This document shows positions 26,432 through 40,745 of a stretch of 64,000 bases of DNA, piece by piece (within the stretch, counting starts at the first letter, position 1; the number at the start of each line of letters is the position of its first letter). The translations under genes and the position numbers were made by a program. This stretch comes from Octopus vulgaris. Lineage: Eukaryota. The DNA is taken from assembly GCA_951406725.2 (NCBI GenBank), contig OX597832.1:19220001-19284000 (forward strand). Direction: 5' to 3'. The notes below the pieces were generated by a model that worked only from the letters and a program-made list of their open reading frames with translations, had not been told where the DNA came from and did not search any database.

Positions 26432-27100
26432 TGTCTTCGACTTCCGTGACTTTGGTTTTTTGTATGATTCTTAGACTTCAGTTCCTGGACCGTGAATTAT
26501 ATGAATGATCAGTTGCCTTCGGTTTAGTTGTTTAATGTTTATTAGGCATGATGTCTTTGTCGCAAATTCGGCTGTATTTTCTGTGCTTCTGTCTCTCCTT
26601 CTCTTTCTTTCTCCTTCCTCTACCTTTCCAGATCCCGAGAGCAGAAATCCCACAATTGGGTCTTAATTTCACCTGTATATTAGCTGTGATTTTTGCCCCG
26701 AACGAGTCGAAATATCACACTCTCTTTGTATATCTTACAATGGACTACTGCACAAGGATAGATCTATTATCTTAAGTGATGTCGGGGGGGGGCATTAAAA
26801 CCTTCCTATCCATGCAAAAATCGACTTGCCCGCCTCGGCCTTTGCGTTTGCACTTAATCCTTATGACAGACGAATTTCAATGTCTGAAACAATGTTCCTG
26901 GTCTTGATTGTAATTCGAAGCGTCGTGTATTGTAGCTAAAAATTGAAGGCGTGTCTGACACACATATATAGTTACTCAGCCAGTCCCCTCAAATTGCTCT
27001 TTGTTTCGAGAACCAGACGCATACATCCGAACATTTTACCTTTTATAATGAAAATCATATCACCTCATACATCGTCAACGGTGTCTTTTGATTGCTTTCT
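26430..27100 (-). mobile_element. Possible highly decayed LINE APE-endonuclease region
   Basis: Minus-strand fragments such as NAKG, VDFC and IIDLSLCSSPL resemble C-terminal APE motifs. Heavily disrupted. Confidence 0.3.
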
Positions 27101-28204
27101 TCATAGCTATCGAAGGGCCATCCACTTTTACAGATGCGACGAAATGACACTTCTCCCTAACTATAAAGAGAGAAATGGCGTACCTCCGCGATTCAACCGT
27201 CAAGCAAGAAGGCAGTTTTCTTTTATATAGCTCTCTCTCTCTCTCTCTCTCTCTCTCTAACTCTAACCCCTCCTTCTCTGTCTCCCCCTAACCATCCTTC
27301 TCCCCTCTCTCTCTTTCTCTCTCTGACATTCTGTTTCAGATTGTCCGTCAATGTGTAAATTCACGTTTTTATTTTGCTCAAATCATTAGCAAAGCTATTT
27401 TCGTTATTGTCTGTGTTGCGGTTTACTTTTATTTGGCTATCGTCAGTGTCTGCATTTGCATTGCAAATGTCTTCGTTTGTGTATTTCTCAGTATTATCCG
27501 AAGTGTCAATGTCTGCCTTTGTGTTTTTAATTACATTTGTTTGTTTAATTTTCATCCTTTCTTTTTTTTTTCTATTTCCGCTGTATTTTTGTTTATATTC
27601 ACCCTTCTATATATTTTTAACGGATTTTTTTTCACAAAAAAACTTTGGGACGTAATTCGTGTAACTTCATTTCGTGATATAAAAGTTCACCGCTACCCCA
27701 GACGAAGAAGAAACAATCTTTAAAAAACTTTGTAAAATAACAAATATTTCCAAATTGCTTAAATGTTTATATGACACGCTATTTATTTATTTAAATTTTG
27801 TTTTTCATTCCAGGTACTGAGTTCACACTTCATGCATGAGCAAATATTTTAGACATTCGAAGAACATGCAAATTTCAAAGGCAAAAATATTGCTGTCATC
27901 GAGATTCTTAAATTGAAACTGTTAATGATATTTGACGTAAGAGAGTAGATCTGTGCAAGTCTTTCCCGAGAAGACAATTAAATTTACAAAGAAAGGAACG
28001 ATAGCTGATATATATAATCAAAGAATGTTAATATAACGAGATATTGAAAGTGAGGTAGTAAAGTCAATTGTATAACTGCAGCTTAGCTGTAGGTGAACAG
28101 TATAGAGATTGAAAGTTGTAATATCTGCCTCTACGAAAGGGGTAAATTTACATACTTAGAAGTACAGCATGATTTATTCACTTCGCACTGCGATTACCCT
28201 AAAC

Positions 28205-28510
28205 TTGTTGTTGTTCCTTTTCGAGCCACGTCTGGCTCATAACGGCCGGTTGCTCGGTTTCCTTGGCATATAGGTTCCCCACCTGGACGGGACACCGGTC
28301 CGTCGCAGGTGAGCTGCAAGATGCAGGAGGAATGAGTGAGAGAAATTTTTGACGAAAGAGTGAGCAGAAGCTCGCTATTACCTTCTGCCGGAGCCGCGTG
28401 GAGCTTAGGTGTTTCGCTCATAAACACACACATCGCCCGATCTGAGATTCGAACCCGCGATCCCTCGACCGCGAGTCCACTGCTCTAACCACTAGGCCAT
28501 GTGTATCCAC
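28205..28510 (-). mobile_element. tRNA-derived SINE family C
   Basis: Head TGGCCTAGTGGTTAGAGC...GGTTCGAATCTC, tail CCTGCGACGGACCGG..CCCGTCCAGG. Short TSD CTAAACTT. Copies at 33728, 44578 and 59831. Confidence 0.85.
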
Positions 28511-29265
28511 CCACTAAACTTAATTACAGCAAAAATTGACAGATATCAACAAATTCGACGTTGATTTGTTTCTGTGGCGCATTCAAAGTGTAAATGTAAC
28601 AGTATATAACACACAAATAAAAATCAGACGACGTTCTAAGTTAGGAGAAAATAAATACTAGAAGGTTAGTAGGGCAGTCGGGTCCAAACAAGGCGACACA
28701 AGTTAAAGTCACCTGCGAGAAAAGATTGTTGAAAATGAATATTGCAATATCCTGTATAGTGGAAACAAGACTCGATCGTATTACTGATAAAAAAATTAAA
28801 AAAACTTTAGGTGTGGAAGACTGTACCTGTAAGATATAGACTTCCTCTGAGATCTAAGAAAACACTGTGACATTTATTTGTTTATTTAATATACTAAATA
28901 GTAAACAAGCTGTGACCAACACATATTTTTGTTAAAACAGGTTTACAGCAGACTGAAGACGAAAAGTTTTACATTTCCGAGTTTAAGAGCGATTCGTGGT
29001 TTCTCTGTGAAATGTAGGCGACAAAAAAGACACGAGAGATATTTTTACTCGAGAAGTCTGTCTTACAATATTCCCACCAACTTGTACAACATTCATCGGT
29101 ATATGGTACAGATTGGTATACACCAACACACATGAATACATACATTACCATGCACACACACACACACACACACACACACGTATATGCTTGTGTGCGTCTG
29201 TGTGTCTGTGAGTAAAAGTGTGACTGTATTCATTTATGTTAGTATTTTTCTGCCTATTTCACTAG

Positions 29266-30022
29266 GGCGCCGAGCTGGCAGAAACGTTAGCACGCCGGCC
29301 GAAATGCGTAACCGTATTTCGTCTGCCGCTACGTTATGAGTTCAAATTCCGCCGAGGTCGACTTTGCCTTTCGTCCTTTTGGGGTCGATAAATTAAATAA
29401 CAGTTACGCACTGTGTCGATATAATCGTCTTAATCCGTTTGTCTGTCCTTGTTTGTCACTTCTATGTTTAGCCCCGTGTGGGTAGTAAAGAAATAGGTAT
29501 TTCGTCTGTCATTACGTTCTGAGTTCAAATTCGGCCGAGGTCGACTTTGACTTTCATCCTTTCGGGGTCGATTAAATAAGTACCAGGTACGCACTGGAGT
29601 CGATATAATCGACTTAATCCGTTTGTCTGTCCTCTCTGTGTTTAGCCCCTTGTGGATAGTAAGGAAAAGGGTATTTTGTCTGTCGTTACGTTCTGAGTTC
29701 AAATTCGGCCGAGGTCGACTTTGACTTTCATCCTTTCGGGGTCGATTAAATAAGTACCAGGTACGCACTGGAGTCGATATAATCGACTTAATCCGTTTGT
29801 CTGTCCTCTCTGTGTTTAGCCCCTTGTGGATAGTAAGGAAAAGGGTATTTTGTCTGCCGTTACGTTCTGAGTTCAAATTCAGCCGAGGTTGACTTTCATC
29901 CTTTCAGGGTCGATTAAATAAGTACCAGCTTCGCACTGGGGTCGATTTAATCGACTTAATCCGTTTGTCTGTCATTGTTTCTCCCCTCTATGTTTAGCCC
30001 ATTGTGGACAATAAAGAAATAA
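29266..30022 (+). mobile_element. SINE family A tetramer with internal 174-bp tandem duplication
   Basis: GAGTTCAAATTC at about 29338, 29521, 29695 and 29869. Confidence 0.88.
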
Positions 30023-30119
30023 ATATCTGCCTCTGTATTTCTCTCTCTCTCTCTCTATCTATCTATCATGGACTCTCTCGTCATTAGAAGACGTATGGCG
30101 GTTCAGCAAAAAATTATCG

Positions 30120-30370
30120 AACCATCGCACAGATGATTTATTTATAGTGATCAAATATTTGTGTTCACATAAGTGCGATCCCTCCATTAAATCGATATAA
30201 CCTGTGCAGCTGCACCATGTATCACATGTGAGATGACGAATTGATCTCAGAGCAACGTGCTATAAAGTGATTTACCCAAGAACACAACGCAACGGTCTGT
30301 CTTGGAATCGAACCAACAATCTCACAATCGTGAGTGCTACACACTAACCACTAAGATATGCGCCTGCACA
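30120..30370 (-). mobile_element. Older tRNA-derived SINE
   Basis: TTAGTGGTTAG...GGTTCGATTCC then GTTGTGTTCTTGGGTAAATCACTTT. Related to 37050-37262 and 56215-56550. Confidence 0.6.
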
Positions 30371-30529
30371 AAGCCACGTAACTGCAGAATGGATTATATC
30401 GACCCCGTTGCACAACTGGTATTTAATTATCGACCCCAAAATGGTGAAAGGCAAAGTCGACCTTTGAACCCAGCGGAATTTGAACTCAGAATGTACAAAA
30501 GGGCGAAAGGCATAGGAAATATTAAAAGA

Positions 30530-31265
30530 ATACGGGTTCACTCCCAGTGCGTGGTACCTTGGGTAAGTATCTTCTAATAGGCGGTGAGCTGGCAGAATCG
30601 TTAGCACGCCGGGCGAAATGCTTTGCTGTATTTCGTCTGCCGTTACGTTCTGAGTTCAAATTCCGCCGAGGTCGACTTTGCCTTTCATCCTTTCGGGGTC
30701 GATTAAATAAGTACCAGTTACGCACTGGGATCGATATAATCGACTTAATCCCCTTGTCTGTCCTTGTTTGTCCCTTCTGTGTTTAGCCCCTTGTGGGTAG
30801 TAAAAAAATAGGTAAGTATCTTCTAATATAGCCTCGGGCCGACCACGGCCATGTGAGTGGATTTGTTTGACGGAAACTGAAAGAAGCCCGTCACATATAT
30901 ATGAGTGTGTGTGTGCTTAAGTGTCTGTGTTTGCTACCACACCATCGCTTGACAACCGATGTTGGTATGTTTACGTCCTCGTACATTAGCGGTTCGGCAA
31001 AAGAGAACGATAAAATAAGAACTACACTTACAAAGAATAAGTCCTAGAGTAACATTTTTTTTTTATTCTTTTAAAGTACCAGTTACGCACTGGGGTCGAT
31101 ATAATCGACTTAATTCCCTTGTCTGTCCTTGTTTGTCCCTTCTGTGTTTAGCCCCTTGTGGGTAGTAAAAAAATAGGTAAATATATTCTAATATAGCCTC
31201 GGGCTGACCACGGCCATGTGAGTGGATTTGTTTGACGGAAAATAGCTGAAACAAGGAAAAGAATA
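30530..31265 (+). mobile_element. SINE family B interrupted by SINE A and a local duplication
   Basis: GGGTTCACTCCC head, then family-B body resumes at 30829. Confidence 0.75.
30580..30810 (+). mobile_element. SINE family A monomer with perfect 18-bp TSD
   Basis: TSD GGTAAGTATCTTCTAATA at 30562-30579 and 30811-30828. Confidence 0.92.
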
Positions 31266-31488
31266 AGAGAAAAGAATACTACATATAAAATAATATCGTC
31301 TTCCGAACAAAAAAATGTAGTGTGAACAAATTTAGTAGACAGCAACCTTTTTGCAAGGGCCTCGAGGGTCAATTCTCAGAAAGCGGAGAATATGAAACAT
31401 CGCATAACTATGAGACTCATGAATCTCGCATAATCACATTTTGCATCCCTACCAATTTCACTTGGCCTTGTGTCTAAATAAGTAGTGG

Positions 31489-31546
<58 letters not shown>

Positions 31547-31577
31547 TAATAACAACAACAACAATAATTACAATAAC

Positions 31578-31609
<32 letters not shown>

Positions 31610-31723
31610 AAAATAAAAAAGAAGGAAGTGTTTATCTTATACGGATCAATACTTCGATCTTGTTTTTTTAATGATGAAAGTAACAACAGAAACGTGATGT
31701 GAATAATAATAATAATAATGATG

Positions 31724-31797
<74 letters not shown>

Positions 31798-32386
31798 CAT
31801 GCGATAATACAAATATATGTATCAATAATAAATATAATGATAATAATCATCGTAATACCGAAGTAAGAATATCATGCGGGCTAGAAAACTGGGGCAGAAG
31901 CAAGTATCTGTTCCAATTTTTAATAAAAATCGATTAGCACCGAAGTTATTTTAAAATAAATTAGACATTCACAAATGAATGTGTGTGTGTATGTGCAAAT
32001 CTAGATCATTTGTGAGAAAAGAGAAATTTTAACGTGTTAAAAGATCAAACATCATGAGCGGAATGGAAGGAACTAAGACGTGAATTTTTCAGTAACAGAA
32101 TGCAGCTAGCAATAAATATATCACTCTATTTATATATTGTCTTCTATACAGAGTGTTGAAATTTTGTTTTCTCTTTAATTCGTTCAGTTTAGTACCATGT
32201 ATGTGTGTTCTTGCACAGGCACAAATATGCGTGTATGTCTGTTTACATGTATGTATTATGCCATTATTGAATTTTATTTCAAGATTTCTTGCCAATAGAG
32301 AAACAACCGGTTTCTAATCTAGATCCAAGGCACATTCATTGGAATCTTGTGTATGCACGATGTACGTACGTGTCTGTGTACATATA

Positions 32387-32464
<78 letters not shown>

Positions 32465-32479
32465 TATACATATATATAT

Positions 32480-32547
<68 letters not shown>

Positions 32548-32553
32548 ACATAT

Positions 32554-32752
32554 AAAGTTAATCCAAACAAGAAAGCACAAAAAAACACAACAACGCGAGG
32601 ACGTGGAACAAATATAGTATTATTGGACGCTCAGGAAAGAAGGAGGGTTTAACGTTTCGAGCGGAGCTCTTCGTCGGAAACATAGGAGAAGGAAAGATTC
32701 AGAAAAGGGAAGACAGAGGAAAAAAATCGCCAACGGTACACACGAAGTCACA
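32554..32752 (-). mobile_element. Short (TA)n-embedded element with minimal hammerhead (32647-32681)
   Basis: GTTT-CCGACGA-a-GAGC-tcc-GCTC-GAAAC-GTT-AAAC. Long (TA)n on both sides. Confidence 0.8.
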
Positions 32753-32759
32753 TATATAC

Positions 32760-32828
<69 letters not shown>

Positions 32829-33132
32829 AAATAAAGAGGAATGACCACTAAATGGAAAAACTAATATGCTAAACATAGACGTCAAATCGCCATTACCACG
32901 AAGAATGTGTTCTCAAGAAAAATCTTAGCAAAACGCCAAAATGTAAAAATGAGCAAGCCAAATGAAAACATACGAAATAAAAACGATTACCTACGTATAA
33001 TGGTTTCACTTGTTTAATATCTACGTATGCAAGCATGCATGTAACACAATTTTTAATCTTCGGATTTTTTAAATATGCTACGCCACTGGTTTCAATTGAT
33101 TGAAATCTATTTCTACCCTTATTATTTAATTT

Positions 33133-33382
<250 letters not shown>

Positions 33383-33439
33383 ATATGCATGTATGTATAT
33401 TATCTTATATTACATTGATGTATGTGTCTGTGTGTCGGT

Positions 33440-34330
33440 ATGCTTGGTTAAAGAGCCACATTCGATTACAGCACCGATAGCAGTTAAGCCTCGTGCAGGA
33501 AAATATTCAATAAGCGTTCTGTGAAATTATCAAATACCTACTGCCCTAATATGAAGCGTATCATTACACGTTTTCAATACCAAGAGCCTGCATCCAGTTG
33601 CAACTGTCGCGACCCAGGTCCCTGTCCTCTTGACCAACGACATATGACTAAATCTGTCATAAATGAGGCACAAGTTACTGCAACACTATAAAATAATAAT
33701 ACAGCTGATAAGAAGACCTATGTTTATTTGCTTGTTCCGTTTCGAGCCATGCCTGGCTAATAAGGGCCGGTTTCCCGGTTTCCTTGGCTTATAGGTTCCC
33801 CACCTGGACGGGACGCCGGTCCGTCGCAGGTGAGCTGCTAGATGCTGGAGGAAAGATTGAGAGAAAGTTGTGGCGAAAGAGTCAGCAGAAGTTTACCAAT
33901 ACCTTCTACCGGATCCGGGTGCAGTTTAGGTGTTTCGCTCATAAACACACACATCGCCCGGTCTGAGATTCGAACCTGCGATCCCTCGACCGCGAGTCCG
34001 CTTCTCTAACCACTAGGCCATGTTCCTCCACAAGAAGTCCGACACTGGATTATGTGAAGGTGAATTTAAAAATCGCTATGCCAATCACATAACCTTCTGC
34101 CGACATAGGGACAAAAATAAGTTGGCTAGCTACGAATGGACTTTGAAAGATAACGAAACACCGCATGTGATTAAATGGAAAGCAACTGAGAAATCCATAC
34201 ATTGTATGAATAAGGGACCGAATAAATGTAGATTTTTTTGGCTGAAAGACCGCAGATACTGTTCAGATCTAAGATCCCTAATTCACTATTGAGCACCAGG
34301 TCAGAAAACTTCAGTGTTTGCATGCATATG
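33440..34330 (+). mobile_element. Second Penelope-like element fragment (linker + GIY-YIG), split by SINE C
   Basis: KIFNKRSVKLSNTYCPNMKRII...CNCRDPGPCPL...SVINEAQV...KKTY | TGLCEGEFKNRYANH...LASYEWTLKD...IKWK...NKCR. Confidence 0.8.
33722..34031 (-). mobile_element. SINE family C
   Basis: Full copy. Imperfect TSD AAGAAGACC/AAGAAGTCC. Confidence 0.85.
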
Positions 34331-34377
34331 TATTGTAACTAATACTAATAATTTTAGGAAGACTTCATTCTTAATAT

Positions 34378-34944
34378 TTATGTCTTTACTACCCACAGAG
34401 GGGACAAACAAAGACAGGCAAATGGATTAAGTCGAATACATCTACCTCAGTGCATAGCTGGTACTTAATTTATCGACCCCGAAAGGATGCAAAGTCGACC
34501 TCGGCGGAATTTGCAAACGTCGACCTCGACAGCGGGAATTAACTGATTTATCGTTCCGAAAAGATGAAAGGCAAAGTCGACCTCGGCGGAATTTGAACTT
34601 AGAACGTAACGGCAGGCGAAATACCTATTTCTTTACTACCCACAAGGGGCTCAAAGAGGGACAAAAAAATAGAGGGGACAAACAAGAACGAAAGGATGAA
34701 AGGCAAAGTCGACCTCGGCGGAATTTGAACTCAGAAGTCGATTACAATAAACATAGAGGGGACCAAGAACCATAGGTATTAAGTCGTAATCGTCCCCAGT
34801 GCGTAACTGGTTTATTTATCGACCCGAAAGGATGAAAGGCAAAGTCGACCTCGGCGGAATTTGAACTCAGAACGTAAGCGACAGACGAAATACCGCTAAG
34901 CATTTCGCCAGGCGTGCTAACGATTCTGCCAGCTCGCCGCCTTA
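34378..34944 (-). mobile_element. Rearranged SINE family A multimer with 14-bp TSD
   Basis: TSD TTCATTCTTAATAT at 34364-34377 and 34945-34958. Confidence 0.82.
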
Positions 34945-35461
34945 TTCATTCTTAATATGATACTCTGAAACTTTTTCTTTTTTCATAATGGACTGATGAG
35001 TATTTGAACACCTGCCCTTCAATTAATGGCCCAGTATATCGTCCACAGTGTCGTTCTGCCACGACTTTGTAAGTTATATTTATACATATCCTAACTAGCT
35101 GACCTAGACGAAGCCAGCAGTGTCTGTAAACGTAAATATCATAAAATATACTAATAAAATCACCAAAGCGTTACAACACGACATAACAAATTTTAAAATA
35201 CATTTTTATATAAAAATATTTTTGTTTTACATAAATTTACTGATTTATTTAATTTCGTTTTATTTTTATTCCTTTTTTTAAGTTTGAAAAAAAAATTATT
35301 TTTCTCTTTTCGCTTCATCAGAACTCCTAATTTTATTTCGAATGATAAATTTTGGAGTTTTATAGTAATGTTTGTTTGGACTCTCCTCATACTAGAAGCC
35401 AAGCTTGTACATAAAGTATTTCTACAAATACACACCTATGTAGGACATATAATACACACAT

Positions 35462-35493
<32 letters not shown>

Positions 35494-35726
35494 TCATACC
35501 GATGTGTGGTGGATCGGGTGAATAAATAATTATGTGATGCAAGTTGAGCATATGCATTTTTTAAGTCAACGTAAGAACACATATAATTTTACATTTATAA
35601 TACGTAAGTAGAGGTGAGTCTTCTAAATCACGATTATTCAGATCCTTATGACATCAACATTGTTTTCAACCACGTTTCTCCCTTCCACCCTCTCTCACTC
35701 ACTCTCTCACTCCCACTCCTTATATG

Positions 35727-35774
<48 letters not shown>

Positions 35775-35777
<3 letters not shown>

Positions 35778-35910
35778 CAACATTATGAACAAATAGCAAA
35801 ACTATCAAAAGTTAAATGACGTACATAGTGAATGTATTACGTTTAGTTTAAGATGGAAAATGATGGGTGTGGCGCTTCGTGCATGGCTCTTCGTCAGAAA
35901 GAAGAAAGAG
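35775..35910 (-). mobile_element. Decayed (TA)n-adjacent hammerhead element
   Basis: TTT-CTGACGA-a-GAGC-cat-GCAC-GAAGC-GCC, at about the same distance from the TA tract as in sister elements. Confidence 0.5.
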
Positions 35911-36299
35911 CGAGAGATGGATAGACAGACGGACAGACAGGTAAATAAATAAAAGATAAAGAGATTGATAGAAAAGAGGAAGATAACTAGATACTTACAT
36001 GTACATATATATACACCTATCTAACAGGCTATCCATCTATCAATCTCTTTAGCTATCTGACTATCTATCTATTTATCTATATATCAAATTAGGATCTTTT
36101 CACTTTGACCGGCAGATTTAAAAAGTAATTTTTGTAACTAAACACTTTTAAACTTCGTATACTGGTGGAATGTGTCACATAAAACACCTGTTTTCTTTTG
36201 GCGTTCTTGAGAAAATTCTGTAGTTTGTAAGCTATTTGTTGTTAAATTTCTCGTATTTCGGCAATTTCAACCAATCAATAACGTCTATTAGCTCCAACT

Positions 36300-36780
36300 G
36301 CTGCTCATCACTGTCACCGAGGATCTTTACAAGTGAAATTACAGCCTTAGCATAAATATAATCACATCCAAAAGATTCGCTGTTCTCTTTAAGGCATAAT
36401 ATCATTGTGGATCGCATCCAAAAATGACCAGGAGATTAAGAGGCATTCCATCACTAACGGAAACAATCCGGTTTCCGAACCACGAACATGCAGTCTCCTC
36501 CCTCTATCTTTTGCATTGCTCCTATAATAGCTCCGGTTCCTAAAATCAGGCTGTTAAAGTAACTTCACCACTGGGACTCCGCTTTATACTTCACTATATA
36601 TATATATATCTTGGCACTAATTACCATACTCAACCAATCATCTGAAGAACTTCGACCCTCTGGGACCCCTTGCCCTTTCATGTCATTCCAGCAGGTGATG
36701 AACTGCAACGGTTCAAACAAAACATTAACTGCATCAATCTCTCCTGCTTTGAAGGGCATACAAGGCTCATAAACTCTGCC
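36300..36780 (+). mobile_element. Decayed CR1/L2-group LINE ORF2 C-terminus
   Basis: DRIQKMTRRLRGIPSLT...AVSSLYL...RTSTLWDPLPFHVIP...LQRFKQNIN. Confidence 0.6.
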
Positions 36781-37049
36781 TGTCTCTCGAGTCTCAGCAG
36801 CTAGACAGCAAAATTAGTAAAGGCCCAGTGTTTGTCAATGCATCATTGTCTTATGAAAAATTTTGGAAACACAGTTTCGGATTTATAAAACTTCAAGTGC
36901 ATTAATTCCTTGTTATATAGGCTGGAAACATATTTGGAGTATCTTCATGGATTCTTGCTCTGCTAGATATAGAAGCCAAATATCATAAATCATGTCCGGT
37001 CGTTTTTAAAAATTTTAAAGTGAAGTAAAAATTCATTTTTCCTAGAACC

Positions 37050-37262
37050 GGTTTCTCAGTTTCTGTGGCATATAAATTTCCCATCTGGGCGGGATACTGG
37101 TTAGTCACAGGATAACTCCTTCTTGCCAGCTGAGTGGAGTGGAACAACGTGAAATGAAGTATTTTACTCAAGAACACAACGCGTCACCCGATCCAGGAAT
37201 CGAAACCACAATCTTACGATCATGAGTCCAACACCCTGACCACCAAGCCACATGCCTCCAAC
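37050..37262 (-). mobile_element. tRNA-derived SINE
   Basis: TGGAGGCATGTGGCTTGGTGG...GGTTTCGATTCC...GTTGTGTTCTTGAGTAAAATACTTCATTTCACGTTG. Confidence 0.7.
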
Positions 37263-37427
37263 CGTTTTCAAAGAAAGGAGCAGATAAATGAAATATTGGA
37301 TAATGTACGAGCTGGAAGCTACTAGGCAAAATTTAACATGAAAAAATCGTCGCGATAGTCACGCTTGGAAATCATTTTGTGCACTGGCCTGACTGAAACG
37401 GGTCGACTTGGCGCTAAATTCTAGTAT

Positions 37428-37449
37428 CTACTACTACTACTACTACGAC

Positions 37450-37480
<31 letters not shown>

Positions 37481-37832
37481 ATCACCACTACAAACTTTAT
37501 CGCAAACACCAAAGCTATTACTACTACCACCACCACCACTCCTAATACTACTACTAGTGGTACTACTACTACTGCTGCTGCTGCAACTACTACTACTAGT
37601 ACTACAACTATAACCACCACCACTATCACAAACACCAAAGCTACTACCACTACTACTGCTACTACTATCACCAGTACTACTATTACTATCACCACCACAA
37701 CCTTTATCACAAACACCAAAGCTACTACTACTACTACTACCACTAGTACTACTATTACTATCACCACCATCACCACCACAAACACCAAAGCTACTGCTGC
37801 TGCTACTACTACTACTACCACTACTACAACAA
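37428..37832. repeat. (ACT/ACC)n triplet region with recurring CACAAACACCAAAGCTA unit
   Basis: Unit recurs at about 37500, 37627, 37708 and 37777. Confidence 0.85.
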
Positions 37833-38394
37833 CTGACCTAAAGGAAATTCAGTTAAATGACTTTGTCAATGAGGCAAGCACAGCACCGCAGCACCGTAGC
37901 ACCGCTAAGGTAAATGGTAAAACGTTTAAAAACCCACCTGGACATTTGGCAGACATCCAAACGTCTTGGTCACTTTCTCAGCTCTCCTGAACTCATTCAA
38001 ACTATAGTACTTAATCAACCCTGAGTTCTGGTGTACTGAACTTTCAAACTAGAATCCTCCGTTTTCATTGGTTCTCCACACAGAACTAGTTTCATTGACG
38101 TCAATGGTTGCTCCTCCAAACACACAATTTATATATATATTTTTTTTTTTATTTCTTCATTTAATTTTGCAGCACTAAAACCTTGCACTCATTAGTCTGT
38201 GTCTCATTAGCATCTGCTTTGCTGTCTTCTTTCCTTCCTTCCTTTCTTCCTTCTTTCCTTCCTTCCTTTCTTTCTTTCTTTCTTTCTTCCTTCCTTCTCG
38301 TTATTGATTTGGCTCAGTAAATATACAACCAATCAATATCCAGTTTCTTATTTTTAATCTTTATATTCATATATATCTCATGCTCATCTTAAGA

Positions 38395-39140
<746 letters not shown>

Positions 39141-39422
39141 TAGTAGGAAAAGTTATGAATGATAACGGCTATCATGATGATTATAATAGATATTAAAAGA
39201 TAACTTTAACAGGTAATGCGTTGATTAATTGATTTTATATTGACAGGTGAAGAAAAACCATCGTTTATAGTTAGACATGTAGTCCGTCAAAACTCTGGTG
39301 TTCATGGATCTTCGACATGTGGAGACAAGATGATTGTCTTTAATTCGATGCAGAATGTCTATTGCAAAGAAATTCATACGCAAAACTTCAACTTTTCCGG
39401 ATATGACGATAATAATAACAAC

Positions 39423-39487
<65 letters not shown>

Positions 39488-39574
39488 TAATAATATATGG
39501 TAATAATAATCTTGTGTTGTCTTGGCACAAAACCTGAAATTTGGCGTCCGGTAAAAGTCGATTACATCGGCTCC

Positions 39575-39990
39575 AGGCGAACTTGGCAGAAACGTTAGCA
39601 GGTTGGGCGAAATGCGTAGCCGTATTTTGTCTGCCGTTACGTTCTGAGTTCAAATTCCGCCGAGGTCGACTTTGCCTTTCATCCATTCGGGGTCGATTGA
39701 ATAAGTACTAGTTACACGATTGGGGTCGATATAATCGTCTTCATGCGTCTGTCTGTCCTTGTTTGTCTCCTCTGTGTTTAGCCCCTTGTGAGTAGTAAAG
39801 AAATATGTATTTCGTCTGTCTTTACGTTCTGAGTTCAAACTCCGCCGAAGTCGACTTTAACTTTCATCATTTCGGAGTCGATAAATTTAATACCAGTTAC
39901 GCACTGGGGTCGATGTAATCGACTTAATCCGTTTGTCTGTCGTTGTTTGTCCCCTCTATGTTTAACCCCTTGTGGGCAATAAAGAAATAA
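39575..39990 (+). mobile_element. SINE family A dimer
   Basis: Junction AAGAAATA|TGTATTTCGTCTG near 39805. Confidence 0.82.
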
Positions 39991-40359
39991 GATTTGACTG
40001 GTATTAATTTTGTCGACTCTGAAAGGATGTAAACAGCGATGGAAATGCTGCTAAGCATTTAGTCCGATGTCCTAATGATATTACTATTTTATCATCTAAA
40101 TAATAATGTTGATAATAATTTCAACTTTTGGCAAAGGCTAGCGATTCTGGGGGTGGAGGTAAGTCGATTACATCGATCTCCAGTTCTTAACTGGTATTCA
40201 TTTTGTGGACACTTGAAGAATGAAAGGTAAAGTTAATTTCGGTGGAATTTGAACTGAGAACGTCTCGACGGACGAAATAACGTATAACATATTTTCCGAC
40301 GTGCTAACGATTCATCCAGCTAGCCACTTTCTAAATAATAATAATAATAATAATAATAG

Positions 40360-40745
40360 TCCTTTCTACATAAAGAACGTGGCCTAAAATTTGGGGGAGG
40401 GGAAAACTCGATTATATCGATTCCTGTGTTTCACTTACACTTCATTTATCGACCCTGGAAGGATGAAAGACAAAATTGACCTCGGCGGAATTTGAACTCA
40501 GAACGTGAAAACGAAATACCTATTTCTTTATTACCCACAAGGGGCTAAACACAAAGGGGACAAACAAGGACAGACATAGGTATTAAGTCTATTACATCGA
40601 CCCCAGTGCGTAACTAGTACTTAATTTATCGACCCCGAAAGGATGAAAGGCAAAGTCGACCTCGGCTGAATTTGAACTCACAACGTAACGCAGACGAAAT
40701 ACCACTAAGCATTTCGCCCGGCGTGCTAACGTTTCTGCCAGGTCA
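40360..40745 (-). mobile_element. SINE family A dimer, inverted relative to 39575-39990
   Basis: Junction near 40521. Alternative tail next to (TAA)n. Confidence 0.8.

Noticed and set aside
27361-27555. 64-aa N/D/T-rich ORF
   Set aside because: Short, low complexity, with no recognisable domain or exon support.
28440-28510. tRNA-like sequences (also 12359, 33960, 56215, 60060)
   Set aside because: They are SINE heads that continue into SINE bodies, and the acceptor stems do not close.
29266-30022. Regular repeats suggestive of a CRISPR array
   Set aside because: Whole 174-185 bp units repeat with no unique spacers. Eukaryotic context, no cas genes.
34988-35135. CTGATGA at ~34993 and CTAGACGA...TAAACGTA at ~35104 as hammerheads of the second PLE
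   Set aside because: No convincing stem II plus GAAA pairing. Too decayed to call.
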